Shown piece after piece: positions 12,001 through 22,589 of a stretch of DNA of 64,000 nucleotides. Made by a program: the position numbers and the translations under genes. The stretch comes from Mytilus edulis (Eukaryota). The stretch lies in assembly GCF_963676685.1 (NCBI RefSeq), contig NC_092356.1:67766001-67830000 (forward strand), read 5' to 3'. The first letter of the stretch is position 1, and each line of letters begins with the position of its first letter. The notes beneath the pieces are model-generated. The model ran no database searches, was not told the origin of the DNA, and saw nothing but the letters and a program-made list of their open reading frames with translations.

Positions 12001-15000
12001 TGTTTAATTCATTCATTGTCATGATTGTGTTAATTTGGAATCTAATGGTCATTGGTTTTATAGAAAATGTCCAAAGCAGTTACTTTTAAATACGTTTATT
12101 ATCAAATTAAAGTTACCATGGCGTAAAACAATTAATCGACAAAAACACCTTTTTATGTACAAACATGTTATTTAATGAACATTGAAATGTATACTTAATT
12201 TTCAGAAATGTTAAGGCGCACTATTAGAATTCGTAAAGTGTTCTGCGAAACCCTGGTTCACGCCTGGGATTGCTTTCCGCCACAGCTTGATAAGACCTAT
12301 ATTTTCTTGAACTGGTCAAGTTTCATGACAACATATGAAGGTTTATAAATTTATCATGTGAACTTAAATTCCGGACGGTCTGTTAATTGCGGAATAAAAG
12401 TATGTCTGTGAATATAGTAAATATAATACTGAAAAATGAAAGAAAAAAAACTTTCAAAATTTTGCTAAGAAATTCATATTATCGGTAAAATACGAGATAA
12501 TAAATAGACATCATTTCATCATAATCCTCTGGATACTCATTTTATCATCAACAGTTTCGGTCCAACTTCCATAAAATTTCATGAAGGAATGACAAAGTTA
12601 TTGATATATTTGTTTACCCCTTACTGAACCTTATATTATGATTGACGTGGCCGACGTTTAGAATCGCTATATATATATTTCTCACTTTTGCGACACGTTT
12701 GTCACAGGCTCGAAAAATAAGGCAAACCACATATCGAATTTCAGGAGATAATATATTGCTTTAAAGAAAAGCAAAGTGATTGAAATTCACATATTTCAGA
12801 CTTTGACAGAAAATGAACAAAAATATAATTTGATAACATTTGGTTGAAATAGGGAAAGTTTATTACTTTCAGTCGAAATTACAAGCAAATGAAGAAAGAA
12901 TTGCATGACTGATGTGTTTTTTCCTGTTCTTTTTATTTTATATCTTTTATCAAAATTCAAGTGTACGCCCGGGCGTTTTGACGTAAACGTAGCTACGCGC
13001 ATGACTAGTATTATGGAGCAACTGAGCAGGGTGATATAGACGGGGGGAAGGACGATAAGCTACTTTATCTCTGTCCACTGCTCTGTTTTTCTCTGTCCAT
13101 CTGTACCATTAAGTTATTGTCACATTTTTCTCAGAAATGTCTATTAAGAGCTTTCTGTAATTTGTTAGCGATAAATAAAAAACAGCTACCAACTACAACC
13201 ACTAGATTACAGGCTCCTAACTTGGGTAGGCACTTAGAAAATGTGATGGAGTTAAACATATTTGTAAAAGCTCAACCCTCTCTAAAATCTTAGACAGTGA
13301 TGTTATATGACAACATGCAAAATTGGTAACCTATTAAAAAACAGTCTATTTCACACAAACATGTTTTTCCTGAACATGGTGAAAAAAACTGTTTTGCTTT
13401 GTAATAAAACATATTTTTTAATATTCCCAGAATTATAAAACTGAGAAGCAGGAGAGGATGAGAGATTTTAAGACACTTGAGATTTACCGTAATCAGAGTA
13501 AGAAGGACGGAATCTTGAACATGCTCAGTCAGGCTATTACAACAGATCATGTGATCAACCCAGCATTCGGTAGTACAGAATTCTTTGAGTTTGTTCTTAA
13601 GAATCCCTACAATGTACAGCAAACATTTACTGTGGAGTTTGATGATAAATATTTACAGTAAGTTTTATTGTTATATTGGTAGAATTTGTTTATTTAATGA
13701 AATTAATGATGTAAATAAAAGAAGATGTGGAAATATGCTAATGAGACAAATGTTCAACAGCACAGACATCATCTAGAGGTCAAAATGCATACTTCAACAT
13801 ATCATGTATCTGTTAAAATTTGTATGCGTGCAATTATGGGGTAACCTTCATCAGCTGAAGGTAAATATTTAAAAAGTCTATTTTAGTTTGCAAAGAATTC
13901 AACAATGGATCAAAGATTACATACTCAGTTATCCAAATAAATAAAAAGTTGTGTGCCACCTGTAAATTGTTTTGAATCTGTTCTCACTACAGGACTCAAA
14001 TGATTATTGTATATACGATAAATTGGATGATGAATAAATGTAAGATGCAGTGCTTTATGACAGTAAAAACTTCCTATCTGTTTACAGTGTAATCACAGAT
14101 GCTAGGGAATGGAGATACTTCAAACAATTGAATGGTTTACAGTCACCATTAGAGGAGGGCATGTTTACCAAACAAAGTAAATCTCAGTTTGCTGAGATCT
14201 TCCTCAGACCTAAGGAAACAGTGTATATACCATTTAAATATCTGTCATTTAAGGCTGATCATACTGTTCATCCACAGGTATGTATATTAGGCTGATGGTT
14301 GTGAACCAAGATGGGGGCTTAAGTATGAAGGGAAGTTAGGGATAAGGACAGTCCCATAAAAACATGTGGTACCAAGAGAAGGCACTTTGTAATCTTCATT
14401 TTGGATGGGTGTTTTGTTTAGTGAAAAGGTAAAAGAAATTCTCAAATTACCTCTATAGATTGGTACCCAATATACAAAGTGGATTCCTTAGGTGCCATGT
14501 ATGTTTGAAGCTTGACTGCAATAGCTCTGTAAAAGCCTTTTTTATTTTATAATTTATTCAAATGCAAGAGTTGTCTATCTTCCAGTGGTTTCTCCTTGAA
14601 GTAATGTGTGTAGAGTTTATTTCAACAATCATATAATTGTATTTTCATAAAATAAATTGTAATCTAACTCTTTTTTTTTGTACGGCCGTTTATCATACTT
14701 CCATTTACTGGACATAATTCTCGTATACTGTTTTTTTCTGACAATATCTTTAAAGTGCTTTGAGCAGTTATCATGAAACTTTGGTGACTGGTTTATATCT
14801 ATTCAGATAACCTCCTTTTGGTTTGTCTTGATTTTCTGATGATATGACATCGAGAAGTTATTGAACTTTATTCTTTTAATGCGCTCATGGGACAGCTGTT
14901 TATTCATTTCATGTCTTATGTTTTCCATCTTTGCGCTTTATATGTTCCAATTTGAACTTTCTTTAGTATAAAAGTATATATATATATATATTGCATGTAT

Positions 15001-18000
15001 GTTTGACTTCTAATTTCTATTATTTTATTCAGGGACCAGTTGATCCATTCAAAAAAAGTGAAAAGAAGATTGAAAAATCAGAGGATACTTTGAAAGAAAG
15101 TCTGATTAGGGTATTTATTTAAATATATTGTTATCAATCAATCAATCTATATTGTTATGAAAAAAATGCTTTCTTATCTTTTTTCCATAAATGTACTTGA
15201 CCATTTCAAAGACATTTCTTTAATAAACAAATTACATTTCTAAGTTTTTCAGATGTACATGGTCTGAAGTAAACTATCATTAAAACACACTTTAAATACA
15301 ATACATCAATCAACACTGTTATTATCATATGCTTTCATTTTGACCTAGCTACTTACACAACTAGCATTACAAACTAATTTATCACATTTTCAATATTTGA
15401 AATGATAATTATTTTAGTGGCAGGAGCATATAGTCCTGTAAACAGTTTAAATTGAGACTTTCAATAATCTGCAATCAACTGCAAATTACCAAACCAGCCA
15501 AAAATATTAAGATATAATATTAAAACAACCACAGCAATTACTTTTCAAAGATGTGCTTAATTTCACAGTACTCAGTTTTATTTCTTGATTACTAATTTTA
15601 AGAATATGAGTTCAATTTTAGACTTTTTTTTTATTTTCAAACCTTCTGAAGCAATATATTTGTTTTCGATAGGCCTGTATTATTAAAATTTGATTACCTA
15701 TTATTTGTATTTTGTAGGTCCATTTTAATGGAGAAGATGGCAAGTCTGTATCTATCATGTCATTAAAGGTCCAACCTATACCTCATGTTATAGACCAGAC
15801 CTTTAGATTCCATAGTCCAGAACAGACATTCCTTAAGAGGTCCATTAGAATACCAATGGACTCCTTACCTGGTAAGATTATAGTGATGATTTGAAGTAGT
15901 TTTGTGTTTTCATTTGGTCGAGCTAACGTATCTCGATTATAACAACAAAGCCTCGGGTCTTTTGTGAATATTATAATAAGAAGATGTGGTATGATTTCCA
16001 AGGAGACAACTCTCCACCAAAGTTCAAATAACATAGCAGTAAGCAATTGTAAGTAACCTTCTAGCTGTCTACAATTAGTAAACCTATACCGCACAGCTAC
16101 AAAAGGCCCTGAAATGACAAATGTTCAATAACTCAAAAGAAAAAACTAACGTCCTCATTTATGTACAAAGAAAAAAACAAATATGAAACACAGCAACAAA
16201 CTACAATCACTATTGTATTGCAGGCTCCTGACGTGGGACAGACACATTCAGAATGTTGCAGGGTTAAACATGTTTGGTGGCGACTAACCCTCCTGCTAAC
16301 CTGTTTTTTTATTTTATCACAAACTGTAGTCTTATGATATATATATATTTAGGAGTGCCTGTAGGAGGTCGAGGACTGAATCAGCTTTTTGTAAGATGCA
16401 GTGATCCTAATATAATAACAGAATGTAAAGCTACACAACCAGGAGAGCCACTTGATGTGTATCTAAAGGTATACTATAGATCACATCTATATTTTGGCAT
16501 GTCTATATTTAGACGGGAACTGCAGAAAATCAAAACCACAAGAAAATTTGGATATGATTTAAATTCAAATAAAGATATTCTTTACATGTTTTTATTCTCT
16601 GTTGATTGTGTATATCTCCATAGTTATAGCATTATAATATGTTTCATTATTCTGTTTAAAAAGTTGACAACATCTAATTATAAAACAAATATTGCACATA
16701 TTCTAAGATTTTTCCAGAAGAATGCAAATGAAGTATTTTATTAAAATGTTCATTGATAGGGATTTAGATATAATAGATGTTATAGATATTGAATTGAATT
16801 ATTAATAAAATTCTTAGCAGTTTTCTCATACCTGTAATATTTGTTCAGTTAGCAATGGGTGCTTCTCTTTAAATGATTAAGAATTTACAGTATAAAGGAT
16901 ATTGAATTGTCTTGTTCATACAATTATGTTTATCTTATGATATTTGTAGGTAGCAATGGGTGCTTCTCTTTAAATGATTAAGAATTTACAGTATAAAGGA
17001 TATTGAATTGTCTTGTTCATACAATTATCTTTATCTTATGATATTTTACAGGTAGCAATGGGTGCTTCTCCCCAGATTAAGAGATTTTATATAGCCATTT
17101 TCACTGATGCCTTTATGTCCAAGCCTATTCAGGTTTGGCAAGTCTACGCCCATTCTCTACAGAGAGTCGATGTGTCCTGTGTGGAGGGACAAACTTCAAG
17201 ATTCTCATTACTACTCAGGTTAGTAATAAAAGAAAAGTGTTATGCCACTTTTGGGGGGAGGGGAGTGGGGATGGGTGAGGGTAAGACTTAAAGAATGAAG
17301 ATTCACAGATTTGAAACAATTAAAAGGATTATATTTTCAAATGTAAATGGAAGGCAAAAAATGACAAAAACAAAGTTGTATCCCTTAAAGAATTGAATAA
17401 AAAATTAAAACCTTGGAAAGTATTTGCTGAACCATATCTGGTATGATTGCCTTGTGCCACATTGTTACATGGTAAAGATTAACAACAAAACTGCTTTCAA
17501 ACATTGACCTGTTTGTTTCAGTCATTGGATTTGAATGTAATATTCTGGAACTATTATTTGTTACTTTAAGTCTAATAGAACCAATCATATTGAATAAGTG
17601 AAATTCAACATGTTTAAATACTCAATGCATGCTACATCATTTGGTCTCTTGTAGAGAGTTGTCTCATTGGGACTCATACCACATCTTCTTACCTTTTATG
17701 TATTACCCTACCAATTATTTGTTAGAATTTATCCAATTTGGACCAAATTCAGTCTAGTGCAAACTTTCAAAGTGTTAGTATTTTGATGTTATAGATGCTT
17801 ATGTGTGTGCCAAAGCCTTAAAAATCATGATTATTCATGATACATCCAGAGGGTTATGAATTTATCGAACATTTTTATACAGGTCAACTCGTGCTTTATA
17901 CTTTTGTGATATATAAATTTTGATACTCTATATATTTTTTTCTATTTCAGGGGAACACAGTCATCTCGTCTTGTTAGATGTTTTTCGTCTAACGATCAAG

Positions 18001-18473
18001 AAATGCAGCTGTATCCAAATGAACAATTTATGTTAGCTGCCGGTGCCGTCCATGAACTCAGTGTAGCAGTCCGTCCATTGAACGAGGGCATTAAAATCTT
18101 CCATCTAAATGTCGTAGATATTGAATACCACCAATTGATTAGAAACTGGTTGATTTGTGTCACCTGTCGATCTCCGATGATTTCACGGGTGTTTGATCTT
18201 TCATTACCCGTGGGAGGAGGAAAGGGAAGTAGCAAGAGAATAACTTATACAAATCCCTACCCCCACAAAAAGACATTTATCCTACTCACAAATGAGCCGG
18301 AATTGTTACAGTTTAAAGAAACACGAATTGAAGTTGAAGGTGGAGCAGAACACACAATAGGATTACGCTTTGCCCCAGTGATGAAAACTGGAGCATCTGA
18401 GGTGATGGTGTTTATTAATGATGAGGATGACAAAAACGAGGAGACATTTAAAATAAATGCTACTTATAGTTAA
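1..18473 (+). CDS. NPHP4: Nephrocystin-4, 3' portion of a multi-exon gene (5' end lies outside the window)
   Basis: Exons 1-92, 405-497, 1954-2068, 2775-2918, 3591-3795, (4108-4134 optional), 10574-10657, 11394-11602, 13431-13657, 14088-14277, 15033-15110, 15718-15871, 16353-16468, 17052-17218 and 17951-18473 join in frame with GT-AG introns. Peptides [66 protein letters not shown] and [13 protein letters not shown] match remembered NPHP4 motifs. Confidence 0.93.
405..497 (+). CDS. NPHP4: NPHP4 exon (YGSDIQ...[18 protein letters not shown])
   Basis: Acceptor tgtag at 404; donor AG|gttagt at 498; phases match the neighbouring exons. Confidence 0.88.
468..635 (+). repeat. 54-bp tandem duplication of an NPHP4 exon end plus donor, with a degenerate third copy
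   Basis: tacaggtgtccacaagtcaccacagaaag|gttagtgagatatgtctgtaggttt x2; donors at 498, 552 and 627. Confidence 0.9.
661..871. mobile_element. MITE with ~35-bp imperfect terminal inverted repeats
   Basis: gtatagcggcttatttttgcaggtgtaaaattt ... aaatttacaccctgcgaaaataacccgctatac. Confidence 0.75.
960..1718 (+). mobile_element. Non-autonomous Helentron/HINE-like element with ~4.5 x 161-bp internal tandem repeats
   Basis: Units recur at 977, 1138, 1299, 1460 and 1621; subterminal inverted repeat aaccggatt/aatccggtt; 3' hairpin gctgtc-gttgt-gacagc; T-rich ends. Confidence 0.75.
1954..2068 (+). CDS. NPHP4: NPHP4 exon (LLLAKPQND...GPPGLE)
   Basis: ttacag acceptor, gtacaa donor, phase 2->0. Confidence 0.88.
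2600..2760 (-). mobile_element. SINE-like interspersed repeat fragment
   Basis: Motif agatgtggtatgagtgccaatgagacaactctcc also occurs at ~4825, 13722, 15980, 17655, 30118 and 40320. Confidence 0.6.
2775..2918 (+). CDS. NPHP4: NPHP4 exon (VKYYMDP...[22 protein letters not shown])
   Basis: tttag acceptor, gtaggt donor, 144 nt, conserved DVWDGDSL. Confidence 0.92.
3431..3571 (+). repeat. 47-bp x3 tandem repeat just upstream of an NPHP4 acceptor
   Basis: ggttattataagaggtggcatgtattacctgatatctattgattaaa at 3431, 3478 and 3525. Confidence 0.92.
3591..3795 (+). CDS. NPHP4: NPHP4 exon ([11 protein letters not shown]...[13 protein letters not shown]...)
   Basis: tttcag acceptor, G|gttggt donor, phase 0->1. 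Confidence 0.9.
4108..4134 (+). CDS. NPHP4: Candidate 27-nt symmetric microexon of NPHP4 (DGMLTKTQQ)
   Basis: tttcatttatag|ATGGCATGTTAACAAAAACACAGCAGG|gtgagg; phase 1-1, no stop, fits between two phase-1 junctions. Confidence 0.45.
5450..5575 (+). mobile_element. SINE-like 3' fragment
   Basis: Homologous to 52955-53080 and ~58830-58880 (gggttgttgtctctttgacacattccccatttccattctcaatttt). Confidence 0.6.
7165..8994 (+). mobile_element. Helentron/HINE-like element with a (cgtc/cgt)n microsatellite and ~3.3 x ~505-bp tandem units
   Basis: 5' tttagctcacc ... 3' ggtgagcg subterminal inverted repeat; terminal hairpin aggctct-tt-agagcct; units at ~7283, 7786 and 8291. Confidence 0.85.
10574..10657 (+). 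CDS. NPHP4: NPHP4 exon ([27 protein letters not shown])
   Basis: tttacag acceptor; first of five tandem donors at 10658; phase 1-1. Confidence 0.82.
10648..10777 (+). repeat. 24/30-bp tandem repeat of an exon end plus donor (attatacag|gtaaatac) x5
   Basis: GT donors at 10658, 10682, 10712, 10742 and 10772. Confidence 0.92.
11394..11602 (+). CDS. NPHP4: NPHP4 exon ([12 protein letters not shown]...[15 protein letters not shown]...)
   Basis: ttaag acceptor, ATG|gtaaaa donor, phase 1->0. Confidence 0.88.
11835..13003. mobile_element. Non-autonomous hAT-like DNA element with 5-bp TSD ACTAG
   Basis: Termini cagtggcgtagcta / tagctacgcgcatg; actag at 11830-11834 and 13004-13008. Confidence 0.65.
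13431..13657 (+). CDS. NPHP4: NPHP4 exon ([12 protein letters not shown]...[26 protein letters not shown])
   Basis: cccag acceptor, gtaagt donor. Confidence 0.92.
14088..14277 (+). CDS. NPHP4: NPHP4 exon ([12 protein letters not shown]...[14 protein letters not shown]...HPQ)
   Basis: ttacag acceptor, gtatgt donor. Confidence 0.92.
15033..15110 (+). CDS. NPHP4: NPHP4 exon ([12 protein letters not shown]...SLIR)
   Basis: ttcag acceptor, gtattt donor, 78 nt, phase 0-0. Confidence 0.85.
15718..15871 (+). CDS. NPHP4: NPHP4 exon (VHFNGEDGK...[25 protein letters not shown]...)
   Basis: tgtag acceptor, gtaaga donor. Confidence 0.92.
15978..16295 (+). mobile_element. SINE-like interspersed repeat
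   Basis: aagaagatgtggtatgattt...gagacaactctccacc...caggctcctgac shared with other copies in the window. Confidence 0.6.
16353..16468 (+). CDS. NPHP4: NPHP4 exon (VPVGGRG...VRCSDPNII...[10 protein letters not shown])
   Basis: tttag acceptor, gtatac donor. Confidence 0.9.
16840..17085 (+). repeat. ~101-bp tandem repeat of an acceptor plus exon start (ag|gtagcaatgggtgcttctc) x3
   Basis: Copies start at 16849, 16950 and 17052 (the real exon). Confidence 0.92.
17052..17218 (+). CDS. NPHP4: NPHP4 exon ([12 protein letters not shown]...[22 protein letters not shown])
   Basis: ttacag acceptor, gttagt donor. Confidence 0.92.
17951..18473 (+). CDS. NPHP4: NPHP4 terminal coding exon ([12 protein letters not shown]...[11 protein letters not shown])
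   Basis: tttcag acceptor; contains ORF 18003-18473; stop TAA. Confidence 0.94.
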
Positions 18474-19490
18474 AGGGCATTCTTATGGTTTCTCAGATGT
18501 ATAGTATCAAATTAATTTATAGGTTGTTTAGATTTTTGCTAATAATGCTCTGTTGTCATAGAAACTTACTAGATCTCTTACTTTTACAAGTGCCTAAAAC
18601 AACTTGATGAACTTGAAATATATTTTTAATAGATATGCCTTTTCTAAATTAAACCAGTGTTAGGTTTTAATAGTAATGATGTATCATATGTCACATTGTG
18701 TTTTTATTAGTCATGACTATATTTTTATATAAAGCTGTAATTCAAAAAGATGGGGGAAAAAAGAAAAAAAAACAGGCTGCTTTTGTAATATCTTACGTAA
18801 TACCCACTCTCTTTTCTAATAAACCAAACTCCCTGTGTAAACAATGTAGAAGTATTAAATTACAGTAATTTTTTGGTTTCGAAAACATAAACATTTAAGA
18901 AAAATTTCAATTCAAATGGTGCAGTTAGAATTTTCAATTATTCTGTTCATCAAATGAGATATTTATATATATATATATATATTGTTACAAGCAGTAGAAT
19001 GAACACCTTTAGAACCAATTTTAAATAATTTGTGCAACAGTTTTGAGAATGATCAAGAGTTTTGAGTTTGAATCTGTTGTTATGTGAATAGTTAAGTTGT
19101 ATGTGTATGTTGCCAACTACAACTGTGAGCTAGGAAATTGGGAAAGTAGACTTTTAAATATGGAATGATTTGTTAGCAGTTGTCTTTATTTTTTTATTTA
19201 TTTGTAAAATATCAATTTTAATGAGTACTGGTAGCATTCCAGAAGTAACTTTTGTTTAAATTATCACTAATTGGAGAATATAGAGGTTAATATGTCTTAT
19301 ATTATCTGCTTCAAAATTGGAAGATTGAAACAATTTCAGAACATTGAAGGAAATATTTCATATCATTCATTTTTTGTAACTTAACTTTTACAGGTCTGAC
19401 TGCCAACAAGCAAACTGTGATATTTATATTTATTTATGATATATGTAGATGAAATTAAAATATATTTATTGTGATGACTAAGAATGTCAA

Positions 19491-19502
19491 AATAAAATAA
19501 AA
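19491..19502 (+). terminator. Candidate NPHP4 polyadenylation signal (overlapping AATAAA x2)
   Basis: aataaaataaaa about 1 kb after the stop, followed by a GT/T-rich tract; an earlier AATAAA near 18818 is an alternative. Confidence 0.4.
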
Positions 19503-19837
19503 TGTTTAAAAATTATGTTTATTTCATTTGTTGATGTGCACTAAGTTCCAGATCTCGTCTCTTTCGTGTATCTCTTTATCAAAAAATTGGTAAGCATTTG
19601 AACCGAGACCTAACATTGAATGATCATGTACAAGTCTTCAGATTATCAAGGAACATCAAAGAAAACATAAAGTGCTATGAAGACATTTGAAAAATACACA
19701 ATAGAAATTATCCCCCCTTCTATATATATATATAGATATGAGTAAAGCATCAAAATAAATGCTTTTAAATATCTTTTTTGGTCCCTTCAATGAAGTTCAG
19801 CCGATTTATTGTTTCTTCTTCTACTTGAAAGTTATGT

Positions 19838-21190
19838 TAAATAAAGGCAACAGTAGTATACCGCTGTTCAAAACTCATAAATCCAGGGACAAAAAACAAA
19901 ATCGGGGTAACAAACTAAAACCGAGGGAAACACATTAAATATAAGAGGAGAACAACGACATAACACCGAAACGGACCAAGCATCAGACAAAACACCACGA
20001 GAATAACAAATATAACAAGAAAACCAAATACATGAATATGGGATAGACAAGTACCGTGCCACGTCTGATCTCAATATCTCAAAAATAAGAGAAAACACAA
20101 ACGACTCAACGTTAAAATGCAACACACACAGAAATGAACAATAATATAACAATGGCCATCTTCCTGACTTGGTACAGGACACTTTTAAAGGGGAATAAAA
20201 GTGGTGGGTTGAACCTGGTTTTGTGGCATGCCAAACCTCGCACTTTAATGGCAAAGTTAAATATAACATTGAAATGACAACATAATATTACAGGACTACA
20301 ATACAAATAAATAGGAGAACATATCAGACAAAGAAAAACATGATTAATAGATAACAAAAAGCATCAGGTTTAAAATTCAATACGCCAAAAACGCGCCTTG
20401 TCCACACAGGACTTACAAGTGACGCCCAGATATAAAAGATCGAAAGTGAAAAAAGTACAAAGTTGTACAGCACTGGAGATAAAAAGTTGAAAAGGTTTCG
20501 CCAAATACGGCTTTGTTTTTATGCCCGGGATAAGAACATTTTTATTATATAGAACAATTCATGCTATTGCAAACAGTAAATTTTATCAAATGAATATGAA
20601 AGAGATATACATAAAGAAACTGAAGTATTAACTAATTACAGAAAACTAAACCCGAATACATAACGCCCAGATATAAAAGATCGAAAGTGAAAAAGGTACA
20701 AAGTTGTACAGCACTGAAGATCAAAAGTTGAAAAGGTTTTGCCAAATACGGCATTGTTTTTATGCCCGGGATAAGAACATCCTTATTATATAGAACAATT
20801 CATGCAATTGCAAACAGTAAATTTTAACAAATGAATATGAAAGAGATATACATAATGAAACTGAAATATTAACTAATTACAGAAAACTAAACCCGAATAC
20901 ATAATGCTATTAAAGTTTAACACAGAATAGACCCACCCGAATCAGTCCAGGCGTCAACGTAATTACAAAAATGTGACGTCACATACGATGGCGAAAAGGT
21001 ACAAACGTTATGCCACATTTGAATTTATGAAATTTAGAAACAGCATGACGTCACATATGAAAAACTATCAAAGTGAGATAGAATTAGGATTGATTTAAGA
21101 TTATATCAGAACTAAATACTGATAATTAATTTAAACAAAATGCATATTGCAATACTTATTAATAGCAATTAACTGTAATATATATATGTC
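19838..21190 (-). mobile_element. Composite interspersed repeat containing two 241-bp units related to the retrozyme monomer
   Basis: 19838-20185 is an inverted match to 53095-53481; units at 20421 and 20662; decayed hammerhead-like segment at ~20381-20426. Confidence 0.65.
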
Positions 21191-21695
21191 CAGTTAAAAG
21201 ATACTAAATTGACATTCAACCTCATATCGAAAATAAATGCCTAGGCTAAAAAGGAAAAAGACGGACAGACAATACATAAAACACAACATAAAAAACTAGA
21301 TGTGTTGCTCAAACTCAAGTTATAAGGGGACAGAATATTGTTTTGTTATTTGAGACATATATGTCCTTGGATTTAAAGATAGGGGAAAATAATTTTGATA
21401 CATTTCATGGAAGTCCGTCAGAAAAAAAGTAACTGATAAAATCACATCACATATTCTTGGAAATGTAACTACTTAGACATTGACCAGTTGCATTTCATAA
21501 TGCTGCAGTTCTAATATTGATGAAGTTCTTAAAGTTCCATTGAATAATAATGATTGCAAATGCATTAACCACATACTTTGGTAAATGATAGGATTTTTAC
21601 TTTGACACAAAATAATTTGTTATCAAAAGGACTCTATAATTTCAATTACTCTTCTATTTTCAATTTTGGTAAATTTTCAGAAATCGTGAACACAT

Positions 21696-22380
21696 TTTCA
21701 GCTCACCAGGCCCAAAGATATAGCATCCCTCGTTTTCATCGTCTGTCATAGTAAACTTTAACAAAAATCTTCTACTCTGAAACTACTGGGCCAAATTAAA
21801 CCAAACTTAGCCACAATCATCATTGGGGTATCTAGTTTAAAAAATGTGTCCGGTGACCCAGCTTATGGCTTATATCTCTAAAACCAAAGCGTCCAGAGCA
21901 AATCTGAAAAAGAGAAAATTGTTTATTAGGTCAAGATCTATCTGCCCTGAAATTTTCAGACCATTCAGGCAACCCATTGTTGGGTTGCTGCCCCTAAATT
22001 GGTAATTTTAAGAAAATTTTGCAGCGTTTGGTTATTATCTTGAATATTATTATAAAGATAAACTGTAAACAGAAATAATGTACAGCAAAGTAAGATCTAA
22101 AATAAGTCATCGTGACCAAAATGGTCATTTGACCCAAAAAGAAATATTGCCTTTTATAGTCAATTTTTAATAATTTTCAAAATATTTTCCAATGTAACTA
22201 CTAAGCCAAGTTCATTATTGATAGAGATAATTGTAAGCAGCAAAAATGATCAGTAAAGTATGATCTACAAGCAAATCACCATCACCAAAAAACTATTTTT
22301 TCATGAATCCATCTGTGTCCTTTGTTTAATATGCACATATACCAAGGTGAGCGAACCCAGGTTCTTTAGAGCCTATAGTT
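21696..22380 (+). mobile_element. Older single-unit copy of the HINE-like element at 7165-8994
   Basis: cagctcacc... ctgaaactactgggcc ... ggtgagcgaacccaggttctttagagcctatagtt. Confidence 0.8.
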
Positions 22381-22589
22381 AATATAGGTTTTCTAGCCAC
22401 AATATACGTTTGTAAACGTTGACCTTAATTTTTATATATAGATCACATGTATTTCGTATTTTGGTAAACTTCTGAACCTTAACAGTGAGTTTTTTTTTTG
22501 TATTTTTATATGTGAATCCTTAGTATCTTTTCTATTATTGTCCGGCAATGAACCATGGCCTTACACGAGAGAAAGAGATAATCCTTAAT

